This document shows, piece after piece, positions 1 through 9,250 of a DNA stretch of 64,000 bases; position 1 is the stretch's first letter; every line of letters begins with the position of its first letter. A model generated the notes under the pieces. The model was not told where the DNA came from. It saw only the letters and a program-made list of their open reading frames with translations, and did no database searches. The stretch comes from Dehalococcoidia bacterium. Its GTDB lineage: Bacteria > Chloroflexota > Dehalococcoidia > Lucifugimonadales > SAR202-VII-2. Location: positions 850,389 to 914,388 of the forward strand of contig CBDDDS010000005.1 in the NCBI GenBank assembly GCA_965226745.1, read 5' to 3'. Position numbers and translations under genes: made by a program.

Positions 1-44
1 AACGGGGGGCCTGAGCAGCAGGCCCAAGGGAGGAGAAGTACAAC

Positions 45-1220
45 GTGACAATCAACCTCAGCGGCAAATACGCCATCGTGGGCGTGGGACAGAGCCCCAT
101 TGGCCAGGTGGGGGGCGTTAGCAGCACAAACCTCCTGGCCATCGCCATGAAGAACGCTATCGAGGACGCCGGGCTCACCAACAAGGACATCGATGGCCTG
201 GTATCCCGAGGCACCGACGAGATCTACTGCCACCACCAGAAGATGGGTGAGTTGCTGGGCATCGACGTGTCCTACAGCAACTCCCTGGACAGCGGCGGGG
301 CATCGCAGATCATGGCCATCATGCTGGCGTGCCAGGCCATCGAAACCGGCCTGTGCAACACCGTGGTGTGCGGGTACGGGCGCGACACATGGTCCCGCAC
401 CCGGTCGCCCCGGTCCAAGATGGCCGTGGACATGGTCTCTCAGGCCCAGTTGGGGCTGGAGTTCGGGCCCGAGTTCGGGATGATTGGCGCTCCCGTCGAC
501 TACGCGTTCGCCCTGAGCCGGCACCAGGCCATGTACGGCACAACCAAGGAGCAGCTAGGACACATCGCCATTACGCTGCGGGACCATGCCTCCCGGAACC
601 CCCTTGCTCAGATGCAGCAGCCCATCACTATGGACGACTACGCAAACGCCCGTTGGATTGTGGAGCCGCTGAACCTGCTGGATTGCAGCCTCCTGAGCGA
701 CGGTGCCGGCGCGGTGGTGGTGACCACCGCCGAACGCGCCCGAGACCTGAAGCAGCCTCCCGTCTACATCCTGGGCTTCGGGGCCCAGAACAACCTCCGC
801 GGCTGGTACGACGGCGACCACATGACCAACACCGCCGCCATCCAGAGCGCTCAGGCAGCGTACAAAATGGCCGGCCTGGGCCCCAAGGACGTCGACACGG
901 CCCAACTTTACGACTGCTTCACCTACATGCTGATGGCCGAACTCGAGGACTACGGCTTCTGCAAGAAGGGCGAGGGCGGCCCATTCGTCGCCTCGGGGGC
1001 TCTTGCGTTGGACGGGGAGATTCCCACGAACACGTCGGGGGGCCAGCTCTCCGAGGCGCACGTGGAGGGCATGCTGCAGATCCTGGAGGGGGCCCGCCAG
1101 CTCAGACGCCAGTATCCCGCCGAGCGGCAGGTCCCCAACGCCGAGGTTGCGCTCATAAGCGGCCACGGCGGGCGCACCGTCTGTCATTCCACCCTCATTC
1201 TGGGGAGGCACCCGTCATGA
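45..1220 (+). CDS. thiolase-like protein (SCP2/lipid-transfer-type thiolase fold), partner of the downstream DUF35 protein
   Basis: 391-aa ORF with GTG start preceded by GGGAGGAG. Thiolase-family length and C-terminal Gly-rich motifs (NTSGGQLSEAH, ISGHGG). Stop overlaps the next start (ATGA). Confidence 0.8.
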   Translation: MTINLSGKYAIVGVGQSPIGQVGGVSSTNLLAIAMKNAIEDAGLTNKDIDGLVSRGTDEIYCHHQKMGELLGIDVSYSNSLDSGGASQIMAIMLACQAIETGLCNTVVCGYGRDTWSRTRSPRSKMAVDMVSQAQLGLEFGPEFGMIGAPVDYAFALSRHQAMYGTTKEQLGHIAITLRDHASRNPLAQMQQPITMDDYANARWIVEPLNLLDCSLLSDGAGAVVVTTAERARDLKQPPVYILGFGAQNNLRGWYDGDHMTNTAAIQSAQAAYKMAGLGPKDVDTAQLYDCFTYMLMAELEDYGFCKKGEGGPFVASGALALDGEIPTNTSGGQLSEAHVEGMLQILEGARQLRRQYPAERQVPNAEVALISGHGGRTVCHSTLILGRHPS

Positions 1221-1633
1221 CCGAAGCCAGCGCCTACAACAAACCCCTACCCGTACCCTCCCCCGAAACCGAGCCCTTTTGGGAGGGCTGCAAGCGCCAC
1301 GAGTTGCTGATTCCCCGGTGCAACCAGTGCGGTTCGCACTGGTTCCCTCCCAGCATCCTTTGCCCGGAGTGCCTGAGCACCGAATGGGAGTGGGCGCAGG
1401 CCAGCGGGAGAGGCAAGGTCTTCGCCTTCGGCGTGTACCACCGGGTTTACCACCAGGGGTTCAAGGAAGAGGTCCCCTACACGGTGGCTGTGGTGGAGTT
1501 GGAAGAGGGCCCCCGCATGATCAGCAACATCATCGAGATCCCTCCGGCTGACGTAAAGGTGGACATGCCTGTTGAGGTCTATTTCGACGACGTCACTCCG
1601 GACGCCACGATCTACAAGTTCCGGCCTGCCTAG
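1217..1633 (+). CDS. DUF35 OB-fold / rubredoxin-like zinc-ribbon protein
   Basis: ATG at 1217 in the frame of ORF 329..1633. Has a CNQCGS...CPEC zinc-ribbon followed by an OB-fold-like C-terminus. Shows the classic translationally coupled pairing with a thiolase-like gene. Confidence 0.8.
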   Translation: MTEASAYNKPLPVPSPETEPFWEGCKRHELLIPRCNQCGSHWFPPSILCPECLSTEWEWAQASGRGKVFAFGVYHRVYHQGFKEEVPYTVAVVELEEGPRMISNIIEIPPADVKVDMPVEVYFDDVTPDATIYKFRPA

Positions 1634-1653
1634 GTTCTAGGCTCCAGATGAGC

Positions 1654-1685
1654 AAGTGGCCCCAGCGCATGCGCTGGGGCCACTT
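1654..1685. terminator. perfect GC-rich palindromic hairpin downstream of the DUF35 gene
   Basis: AAGTGGCCCCAGCGC-AT-GCGCTGGGGCCACTT, followed by GGTGTTTCC. Confidence 0.6.
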
Positions 1686-1713
1686 GGTGTTTCCCTTGGG
1701 TTTCGCCGCTGCG

Positions 1714-1992
1714 CTATTTTACCTTGGGCGGCCTGCGCGGGCTGAACGCGTCCGCCAGGGTGGCCGGTGCGCCGAGGTAGATGCTCAGGCCGGCGTGAGG
1801 AAAGCAGACCTCGAGCGTTCCCGCCAAGTCTCTATCTACGGTCTGGCCGTAGGGGACATGGCCTGGACTGCCTGGGGGGAGGTGGTGGGGACACTCCTCT
1901 CCCCGGTCTGCCTGCGGGCAGATGTGGCGGCCCCCGGCCTGGGCGTCCCAATAGGCCACCAGACGAAGGGGATGAAAGAGCGCCTCAGCCAC
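1714..1992 (-). CDS. hypothetical small protein (weakly supported)
   Basis: Lower part of ORF 1714..2235. High GC3 in this frame. First plausible start is GTG at 1992, because the upstream part of the ORF overlaps the tRNA. No family recognised. Confidence 0.25.
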   Translation of the reverse strand: MAEALFHPLRLVAYWDAQAGGRHICPQADRGEECPHHLPPGSPGHVPYGQTVDRDLAGTLEVCFPHAGLSIYLGAPATLADAFSPRRPPKVK

Positions 1993-2091
1993 GTTCCGCA
2001 GGTCAGCGACGATCTCGCTGGCGCGAGACGCCCCGTCGCTGTCGAGGCTAACGGTTATACGCTCAATGGCGATAAACGCTCGAAGAGGTAT

Positions 2092-2190
2092 TGGCGGGAG
2101 CGGGAGGGAGTCGAACCCACCACAGACTGCGCAGGCAGCCCGCCAGCCGGGTTTGAAGCCCGTGAGGCCCACCGGGACCCATCCGCCCCC
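2092..2190 (-). tRNA. selC: tRNA-Sec (anticodon UCA), CCA encoded
   Basis: 99-nt reverse-complement sequence GGGGGCGGAT...GGGTTCGACTCCCTCCCGCTCCCGCCA. Folds with an 8-bp acceptor stem (one G-U), a 6-bp D stem with a 4-nt loop, the anticodon loop CUUCAAA, a long variable arm, and a 5-bp T stem with loop TTCGACT. This is the bacterial 8/5 tRNA-Sec architecture. Confidence 0.85.
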
Positions 2191-2269
2191 AAAATGCGCG
2201 TTGCGAGAATAGGCCCCCCCGAAGCTGCATAACAACCGTCAGGGGGCCATTCGTGGGCGATGTCGCTGG

Positions 2270-2599
2270 CTAGTTGGCCAGTGCCGCCTCCAGTCGCTTC
2301 TTGATCTCTGCCTTAGGCACCGCGCCGATGACCTGGTCAACGGGCTTGCCGCCCTTGAATACCAGGAGGGTTGGAATGCTGCGGATGCCGAAGGTTGTAG
2401 CCACCGTCGGGTTGAAGTCCACGTTCAGCTTGGTGAAGTCCACCTTCCCTTCGTATTCACTAGCCAGTTCCTCAACGATGGGAGCAACCATGCGACAAGG
2501 CCCGCACCACTCGGCCCAGAAGTCCACGAGAACAGGCTTATCCGCCTCAATCACCTTCTCTGTGAAATCCTGGTCGGACACGTCGACAGGCTTAGTCAT
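2270..2599 (-). CDS. trxA: thioredoxin
   Basis: 109 aa with the canonical WAEWCGPCR active site and thioredoxin-fold length. Confidence 0.95.
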   Translation of the reverse strand: MTKPVDVSDQDFTEKVIEADKPVLVDFWAEWCGPCRMVAPIVEELASEYEGKVDFTKLNVDFNPTVATTFGIRSIPTLLVFKGGKPVDQVIGAVPKAEIKKRLEAALAN

Positions 2600-2716
2600 C
2601 CTTCCTCCTTGCTGGCTCCGTCCAATCTTCCCAGGCGCCGGCCACTGTTGAGATGCCGGGGGTGGGAAATCGGTGCGGGCGCGTTAGCTCGCATCCCAAT
2701 TGTACGCCCCGGAAGG

Positions 2717-3340
2717 TCACTGAATCAACAACCACGTAAGCGACATCGCTGTGGCTGCGGCCAGGGGAATCCACACGTTGTCATCGATCGGCAGGGGGAT
2801 GAGTTCCGCTAGGGCCGCCGATCCGGCGCCGGCAACGCTCAACCAGGGACTCGCCAGACGCCCGGCCCAGAAGAGCGCCAGCCCGAGCAATAACGCTGAC
2901 GCGAAGAAGGCCAGCGTTCCCTCGATCGACTTGGCGCCCAGTCTCCGCCTGCCAAGGCGCTGCCCCACCAGCCCTGCAATCGGGTCTCCCACGGCCAGGA
3001 AGAGGATGGCGGCGGCGGCCACCTCCGCCTCGAAGAGCAGGAGGCAAAGCGCAACGGCAAGCAGCATGTACGTTGCGCCGGTAACCTTCATCGTCTGCTC
3101 TTCCGTCTTGAGGATCGGGCGCAGCCAGGGCCGGAGACGCCGGTTGAACCCGGGGTAGGCCAAGCGCAGGGCGTCGAGAAGTGCGAAACCGAGCGCGAAG
3201 GTCACGGCGGCGATGCGGATCCACAGAATGGGGGCCATCAGAGCAGCGAGGGCGAAGGTGGCGCCTGCCCCCACGTGGACGAGACGCCGCGCCGTAAGGT
3301 TGGGCGTCGCCTCGCCGGGCGTTGGCGGCGCCCCGGTCAT
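2717..3340 (-). CDS. polytopic membrane protein, CTP-transferase/polyprenol (phytol/dolichol) kinase-like family
   Basis: 207 aa and hydrophobic throughout. Has the KSIEGTLAFF motif typical of the CdsA/dolichol-kinase superfamily C-terminus. Confidence 0.6.
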   Translation of the reverse strand: MTGAPPTPGEATPNLTARRLVHVGAGATFALAALMAPILWIRIAAVTFALGFALLDALRLAYPGFNRRLRPWLRPILKTEEQTMKVTGATYMLLAVALCLLLFEAEVAAAAILFLAVGDPIAGLVGQRLGRRRLGAKSIEGTLAFFASALLLGLALFWAGRLASPWLSVAGAGSAALAELIPLPIDDNVWIPLAAATAMSLTWLLIQ

Positions 3341-3365
3341 GACAAGACGCGGGGGTAGTTGTATG

Positions 3366-4565
3366 TCACCGGGCGAAGGAGGGAGAGGACAGAGCTCTGA
3401 GTCGTGCGATGAGGCCGGGAAGCACGGAGAGGACGTGGTCCACCTCTTCCTCGGTGTTGCCCTTGCCCAGGGTCAAACGCAGGCTGGAGCGGGCCTGATC
3501 GGCGGTGAGACCCAAAGCCAGGAGAACGTGGGAAGGCTCCAAGGATGCACTGGTGCAGGCGCTGCCGCTCGATGCTGCGATTCCTTCCAGGTCAAGACCG
3601 AGCAGCACGGGCTCCGCCTCCACGCCGGCGAAGCTGAAGTTGACGTTGTTGGCGAGCCGCTGCGTGGGATGGCCGTTGAGACGAGCCCCTAGCGCCCGTT
3701 CCTGAATCCCCGCTATAAGCCTGTCCCTGAGGCGCAGAGAGCGCTGCGCGGTTTCTTCCCGGTCTGCTTCGGCCAGCGCCAGCGCCAGCGCTGCTCCAAC
3801 GATGCCAGGCACGTTCTCGGTGCCCGCCCGGCGCTGGCGCTCCTGCCCCCCACCAAGATGCTGAGGGTCGAAGGGCGTTCCCCTCCGGAGATAAAGAATG
3901 CCGACGCCCTTGGGGCCGTAGAACTTGTGGGCGGAAAGGCTGAGAAGGTCTACGCCCAGCCTGTCTACGTTTACGTCCATCAGCCCTGGCGCCTGCACAG
4001 CGTCGGTGTGGACGACAATGCTGCGCCTCAGCTCTTGGGCTTTTTCTCTAACCCGCTGGGCTATGTCGGCCAGCGGCTGCACTACGCCGATCTCGTTGTT
4101 GGCCAGCATCACACTGACAACGATCGTCTGGCCGGTGATGGCCTCCACCAATCCGTCCACGTCCACAAGACCTTGGGAGTCCACCGGCAGATAGGTGATC
4201 TGGAATCCTAGCCCTTCGAGCCAGTGGCAGGCGTGAAGGACAGCGTGATGCTCAATGCTGGTGGTGATGATGTGATTGCCGCTCTGCCTCAGAGCGAGAG
4301 CCGCCCCTCTCAGAGCGGTGTTGTCCGACTCCGTTCCGCCACTGGTGAAGATGATTTCGCTGGGTCTGCAGCCCAGAACCCTCGCCACGCGGTCCCTGGC
4401 GTCGTCCATGGCCATGCGGGACCGCTGTGCCAATGTATAGAGGCTGGACGGGTTGCCGAAACGCTCCGTGAAATATGGCAGCATCGCCTGGAGGACATCG
4501 GGGTCCAACGGCGTCGTTGCAGCATGGTCCAGATAGACCAGCGCTTGGGGCGAAAAGGAAGTCAA
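3366..4565 (-). CDS. cysteine desulfurase (NifS/IscS class V aminotransferase)
   Basis: 399 aa with TTG start after GGAGATGG. Has the PLP-lysine motif [10 protein letters not shown] and the active-site loop SSGSACTS. Confidence 0.9.
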   Translation of the reverse strand: MTSFSPQALVYLDHAATTPLDPDVLQAMLPYFTERFGNPSSLYTLAQRSRMAMDDARDRVARVLGCRPSEIIFTSGGTESDNTALRGAALALRQSGNHIITTSIEHHAVLHACHWLEGLGFQITYLPVDSQGLVDVDGLVEAITGQTIVVSVMLANNEIGVVQPLADIAQRVREKAQELRRSIVVHTDAVQAPGLMDVNVDRLGVDLLSLSAHKFYGPKGVGILYLRRGTPFDPQHLGGGQERQRRAGTENVPGIVGAALALALAEADREETAQRSLRLRDRLIAGIQERALGARLNGHPTQRLANNVNFSFAGVEAEPVLLGLDLEGIAASSGSACTSASLEPSHVLLALGLTADQARSSLRLTLGKGNTEEEVDHVLSVLPGLIARLRALSSPSFAR

Positions 4566-4771
4566 GGACCATCTCCGGTGGCAGAAAGTCAGCTAGTGGT
4601 ATCTTACCACCAACGACGGCTGCTCCTCCGTTCGCGGGTCCGCAGTAGCGCGTCCGGCCTTCGTCCGTCCGGCGAAATGACGGGGCGACCAGGCGCCAGA
4701 GGAGAGGCTCTGCGAAGGACGGCGATAGTCACCCATGCCAGCACTGGGAGATTGAATATTGAACAAGAAAG

Positions 4772-4802
4772 AAGAGCGCCGCCCGACGGGCGGCGCTCTT
4801 CT
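4772..4802 (-). terminator. intrinsic terminator after the hyuB-like gene
   Basis: On the minus strand, GAAGAGCGCCGCCCG-TC-GGGCGGCGCTCTTC is followed by TTTCTTGTT. Confidence 0.7.
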
Positions 4803-4820
4803 CAACCGCTTCTCGTTACG

Positions 4821-7016
4821 CTACCGGGGCGCCGCCGCCAACTCCCGTTTCGGCGCCACCGCCGGTTGAACCTCCGACTGGAGGCGCTCCAGCACGTCAA
4901 AGACCACCCCGCAGGATGGGCACAGATATTCGACGAGCAGGAAGTTGGGACTGTTGCCTCCCCAACGCTCAGCCAGCCAGGGGCCTGCCTTCCTCAGTGG
5001 GCTGTGGCGCACCGCGGCAAACCGTCGCGGCTCTTCAGACGCCGAACAGTAGACGTGATGGCACTCGGTGCACCGAACAAATCCGTCGCTGCCGTCCCCA
5101 ACCTGCTCCACGTATTCGATTATCAGACGGACCGGCCGCTCTGCGGCGCCATTGCTCAGCGTTGCCGCAGCGCCGTTGCGGACGACGGCTTCGGATTTTC
5201 GCTTTTCGACAAGGCGCAGGCGCTCCTGCCGCGTGCCCTCAACTTCGACGGCGAGGTCTGCGGTCAGAACGACGCCATAGGCCAGCGTGGCCATTTCGAT
5301 GGTAACGGCTCCCCTGAGGACGTCCTGCCGGACCCGTTCCGGGTCGCGGTGAAAGGGATCGCCAACGCCGCCGCCGCCTGGGGCGTGGTAGATGTAGAGG
5401 TCGCGGCTTTCCAGGAAGCCATCGGACTTGGATGAGAGGTGCTGCAGAGCGCCTCCGAAGCCCTCGTAGCGTTCGGGGATGGACCAGGTGCCCAGGATTC
5501 GCTCTAGGTCGGCGTTTCGCACCACCGACGCCTGAGACCCGGCGCCGGGGTAGCCCCCGCCTATGCCAAGCGCGTTGGACTGGTCGGCCCCCGACGTGTT
5601 CTGGGACTTCCACATGAGCCGTTCGGTGCGGTGTGGGGTGACCGCGGATACGGCGGTAAGACCGCCCCGGAACTTGCCCGGCCCGCCGGAGTCGGGCAGT
5701 TGCTTGCGGTAAAGATAGAGCACCGGCAGCTTCCACTCCTGGTTCTCCACGTCGGCCATGAGGCTGACGGGACAGAGGGCAAAGCCGCCGTGATCGAAAC
5801 CGTCGCCGAAGGTGCGGGCGCCGGCGCCACCGCCACGGTGGTCGGACAGGACGTTGCCGACGTACTTGCCTCGCCTGCCGACGCCGAAAATGTTGACGGC
5901 GTTGATGGAGTTGGCCCAAGAGGGGCACACTAGGTCGCGGTACTTTTCCGAACCCGACATCATCTGGGACATCACATGCATTGATGCGGCGTTGGTCAGC
6001 GATGAACAGACGATGACGCCGACGCTTACCGGCGCGGGAGGCCGGCAGTTCAACACCGACCCTTCGGGAACAACTACGGTGGCAACCCGCTTCACGCTGC
6101 TATTCCAGTCGATCTCGCCGCGGCAAAGGAGGGCATGGATGGGCGCGGTGGTGCCGGCGTTGGTCACGTTCTCGGTGGTGTTGATACAGGCCGCCACCTG
6201 GGGGTCGGTCCCGGTATAGTCGAAGTAGAGGTGGTCCCCCTTCTTTTCCAGCTTCAGGCAGATCCGTACGATGCGGTCTGAGCCAACCCGGTCGCCGTCG
6301 ATGTAGACCTGCGTCGTCCACTCGCCATCCGGCAGTTCCGAAATGCGCTCCCGGAGCTTCTGCTCGGCCCAGTCGATGCTTTGGTAAGCGACGGCGGTCA
6401 CTGTGTCCACGCCGTGCTCATCCAGGACCTCGCGGAGGCGCTTCCTGGCCACGTGAATGGCCCCCACCTGGGCGCGCACGTCCAGGGCGACCATGTCGGG
6501 CAAGCGGGAATTGGTGACGATAGTGCGTTCGACCTCACTGGAGAACTTACCCCGGTCGACGATCTTCAAGAAGTAGCGCGGCGCCTCCTGATACAGGTTG
6601 TCTGCGTTGATGCAGAAAGAGCCTTCGTCCATGCCTGCGACATCGGCGTAGTGCATGACGTTGCCAACCCACATGATGTGCTCACCTTCGTAGAAGAAGG
6701 GGCTCACGACCGCCACGTCGTTTTGGTGACAGGCGCCAAGGAAGGGATCGTTGGTGAGGAAGACGTCGCCGTCGTTGATCTCACTGGCGATGGCCATCAC
6801 GTTTCTGATGATGGTGTCCATCGTTGTAACGTGGATCAGCATATAGGCGCCGGGGCTGATGATCTCGGCGTCTTTGGTGAACAGGCCGGTGCCGAAGTCG
6901 TTGCCCTCCACTACGATGGGAGACACAGACATGGTGCGAATGGCATTGGCCTGTTCGTCGTTGATCTGCCACAGGCGGTGCTTGACAACCTCGAACGTTA
7001 TCGGATCGACTCTCAT
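4821..7016 (-). CDS. hydantoinase B/oxoprolinase-family subunit (acetone/acetophenone-carboxylase alpha-like) with a fused C-terminal Cys4 zinc-ribbon resembling the carboxylase gamma subunit
   Basis: 731 aa. The HyuB-type core ends with the PGGGGVGDP...YGV motif. An extra tail of about 100 aa carries RCTECHH...YLCPSCGVVFDV. The start overlaps the hyuA stop (ATGA). Confidence 0.8.
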   Translation of the reverse strand: MRVDPITFEVVKHRLWQINDEQANAIRTMSVSPIVVEGNDFGTGLFTKDAEIISPGAYMLIHVTTMDTIIRNVMAIASEINDGDVFLTNDPFLGACHQNDVAVVSPFFYEGEHIMWVGNVMHYADVAGMDEGSFCINADNLYQEAPRYFLKIVDRGKFSSEVERTIVTNSRLPDMVALDVRAQVGAIHVARKRLREVLDEHGVDTVTAVAYQSIDWAEQKLRERISELPDGEWTTQVYIDGDRVGSDRIVRICLKLEKKGDHLYFDYTGTDPQVAACINTTENVTNAGTTAPIHALLCRGEIDWNSSVKRVATVVVPEGSVLNCRPPAPVSVGVIVCSSLTNAASMHVMSQMMSGSEKYRDLVCPSWANSINAVNIFGVGRRGKYVGNVLSDHRGGGAGARTFGDGFDHGGFALCPVSLMADVENQEWKLPVLYLYRKQLPDSGGPGKFRGGLTAVSAVTPHRTERLMWKSQNTSGADQSNALGIGGGYPGAGSQASVVRNADLERILGTWSIPERYEGFGGALQHLSSKSDGFLESRDLYIYHAPGGGGVGDPFHRDPERVRQDVLRGAVTIEMATLAYGVVLTADLAVEVEGTRQERLRLVEKRKSEAVVRNGAAATLSNGAAERPVRLIIEYVEQVGDGSDGFVRCTECHHVYCSASEEPRRFAAVRHSPLRKAGPWLAERWGGNSPNFLLVEYLCPSCGVVFDVLERLQSEVQPAVAPKRELAAAPR

Positions 7017-9130
7017 CGCTCCTCCTGCCTCGCCGTGATGCGCGTGTTCCTATGGCCGTCGATGTTTGCCTCGTAGCCGGGCGGTACGACTATCAGTGTA
7101 TCATGCCGTTGAATAATGGCCGGGCCTTCCAGCGCGTGCCCGGGCAACAGGTGATCGTAGTCGTAGACCGAGGCATCCAACTGTCCGTACCGGCGCAGAT
7201 AGACGGGACGGCGCCCCACCCTGGCGTGCTCCAGCCCATCGTTGTTCCTGACTGCATCGACCTGCGCCAGGGCGGGCTTATCGGTGGCCCTGATGGCCTC
7301 CAGCCTGAAGGTGATCACCTCCAGCGGGTGAATGGTGCGGCTGGTCCCCTGCCCGAACCTGGCTTCGTAGCGCTCCTCGAACTCTTGGCGGATCCGGCCC
7401 ATAGTATCGAAGGTCAGAGGCTCGGCGCGCCAAGGAATGGTGAATTCGTTGAACTGGCCTTCGTAGCGGACCTCGAGTCTTCGCACCAGAAAGATCTCAT
7501 TCTCGCCGATGCCGGAGGCCGCGACGTCGGCGAGCACCCGCCGCTCCAGATCCTCGAAGGCGGCGTTGAACGCATTGACGAATTCCTGGGTCTCCTCCAC
7601 GTACAGGGGGTCCGAGTGTTCGTAGATGAACTTGACGTCCGAAAGCACACAGCCCAGGGCGGAGAAAACAGCGCTGGAGTGGGGCACGATCATCTCCCTG
7701 ACGCCCAGGGCGGCGCCATATTGGACGACATGCGCAGGACTGGCTCCCCCATAGGCGAACAGGGCGAACTCGCGAGGGTCGTAGCCGCTTTCCACCGTGA
7801 CCTTGCGGATGAGGTCCGCCATCTTTGCCGTGACGATGTCGTAGATGCCTGCGGCGGCTTCTAGGACTGTCATGTTCAGGGGCCCTGCAACCCGCTCTTG
7901 GATGGCTGCCGCGGCGGCAGCCTTGTCCAGCTTCATCCGGCCGCCGAAGAAGTTGTCCGGGTCCAGGATGCCCAGGACGACCAGGGCGTCGGTGACGGTC
8001 GGCTCAGCGCCTCCCTGGCCGTAGCACACTGGCCCCGGCGACGCGCCGGCGCTCTGGGGACCAACCATGAGACGCTGCCCCTCCGTCCAGGCGATGCTGC
8101 CGCCGCCGGCGCCGATGCCCACCTCGCGCACCCGCGGGGCGCGCACCGGCAGGCCTTTGTCAACGAAGGGCATCTTCTCCTCCGCAGGCTCGCCCCGGTA
8201 GATGACGCCCACGTCGAAGCTGGTGCCGCCCATGTCCGTGGCCAGCACATTGTCGTAGCCCAGGATGCTGCCGAAGTATTGGGAAGCCACGAGTCCAGCC
8301 ACGGGCCCCGAATCGATAACCGAGACCGCCTCGCGGTCTATGCGCGACGGCAGGCAGGCGCCGCCGGAGTTTTTCATCACCTGAAGGGGCCACTCGAAAC
8401 CTTGTGCGGCCAGCCTCTCCTGAAGGTCGTTGATGTAGGAGGACAGGCGAGGCGCCACGTAGGCATTGACCACAGTCGTGTTGGCCCGCTCGAACTCTCC
8501 GATCACCGGCGCCACCTCTGACGAGAGGCTCACGTGGGCGCCGTTGCCCATCGCTCTGATGGCCGCCATGATGATTTCTTCATGGCGGCGGTTGCGAAAG
8601 GACCACATGAGGCACACGGCGATGCTATCGACGCCGGCGCCCAGCAACTCTCTTACCACACGCTCGATGTCGTCCTCGTTGATGGGGGCAATAACGTCGC
8701 CCTCCAGGTCCACGCGCTCTCGAACGCCCCGAATGAGGGCCTTGGGGACCAAGGGCTCCGCGCGCTCCGTATAGATGTAGTCCAGGGTTTGCTCGATGGG
8801 GACACCCATCGTGCGCCCCATCGGGCCGCGAGCGATGATGGTGGTGTCCTCGAAGCCGGCGGTGGTGATCAGGCCAACCCTGGCCCCCTTGCGAGTGATG
8901 AGGGCGTTGGTGGCCACGGTGGTGCCATGGGCAAAGCGGGTGGCGTTGGTCAAGACGCTGGCTACGTCGGTTCCCAGCAGGGCTGCGGCGTTGGCCAATG
9001 CATTCATCACTCCTCGGGCGGGGTTGTCCGGAGTGGACAGAGCCTTGTCAAACGTCATTGTGCCCTGTTCGTCTAGGATGACAACGTCAGTGAACGTGCC
9101 GCCAGTGTCTACGCCGATGTAGTAGGTCAT
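7013..9130 (-). CDS. hydantoinase A/oxoprolinase-family subunit (carboxylase beta-like)
   Basis: Start chosen at MTYYIGVDTGGTFTD, where an ATG at 9130 follows AGGAG. About 705 aa with a typical HyuA N-terminal ATPase motif. Confidence 0.85.
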   Translation of the reverse strand: MTYYIGVDTGGTFTDVVILDEQGTMTFDKALSTPDNPARGVMNALANAAALLGTDVASVLTNATRFAHGTTVATNALITRKGARVGLITTAGFEDTTIIARGPMGRTMGVPIEQTLDYIYTERAEPLVPKALIRGVRERVDLEGDVIAPINEDDIERVVRELLGAGVDSIAVCLMWSFRNRRHEEIIMAAIRAMGNGAHVSLSSEVAPVIGEFERANTTVVNAYVAPRLSSYINDLQERLAAQGFEWPLQVMKNSGGACLPSRIDREAVSVIDSGPVAGLVASQYFGSILGYDNVLATDMGGTSFDVGVIYRGEPAEEKMPFVDKGLPVRAPRVREVGIGAGGGSIAWTEGQRLMVGPQSAGASPGPVCYGQGGAEPTVTDALVVLGILDPDNFFGGRMKLDKAAAAAAIQERVAGPLNMTVLEAAAGIYDIVTAKMADLIRKVTVESGYDPREFALFAYGGASPAHVVQYGAALGVREMIVPHSSAVFSALGCVLSDVKFIYEHSDPLYVEETQEFVNAFNAAFEDLERRVLADVAASGIGENEIFLVRRLEVRYEGQFNEFTIPWRAEPLTFDTMGRIRQEFEERYEARFGQGTSRTIHPLEVITFRLEAIRATDKPALAQVDAVRNNDGLEHARVGRRPVYLRRYGQLDASVYDYDHLLPGHALEGPAIIQRHDTLIVVPPGYEANIDGHRNTRITARQEER

Positions 9131-9250
9131 GGGACTCCTAGCCCTCCGAGCGCTGAGCCGCGGGCCGCCCGGGAGAGCCGGCGAAGGGTCTCGCACGCGC
9201 CCTGCCCGACTCCTCAGGCGATGTGAAAAACGAGGGCGGCCAACGGATTG

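Noticed and set aside
1648-2235. ORFs 1648..2232 (+) and 1714..2235 (-) as protein genes.
   Set aside because: Both run across the tRNA-Sec gene and a terminator hairpin. Only the lower part of the minus ORF (1714-1992) is retained, as a low-confidence hypothetical.
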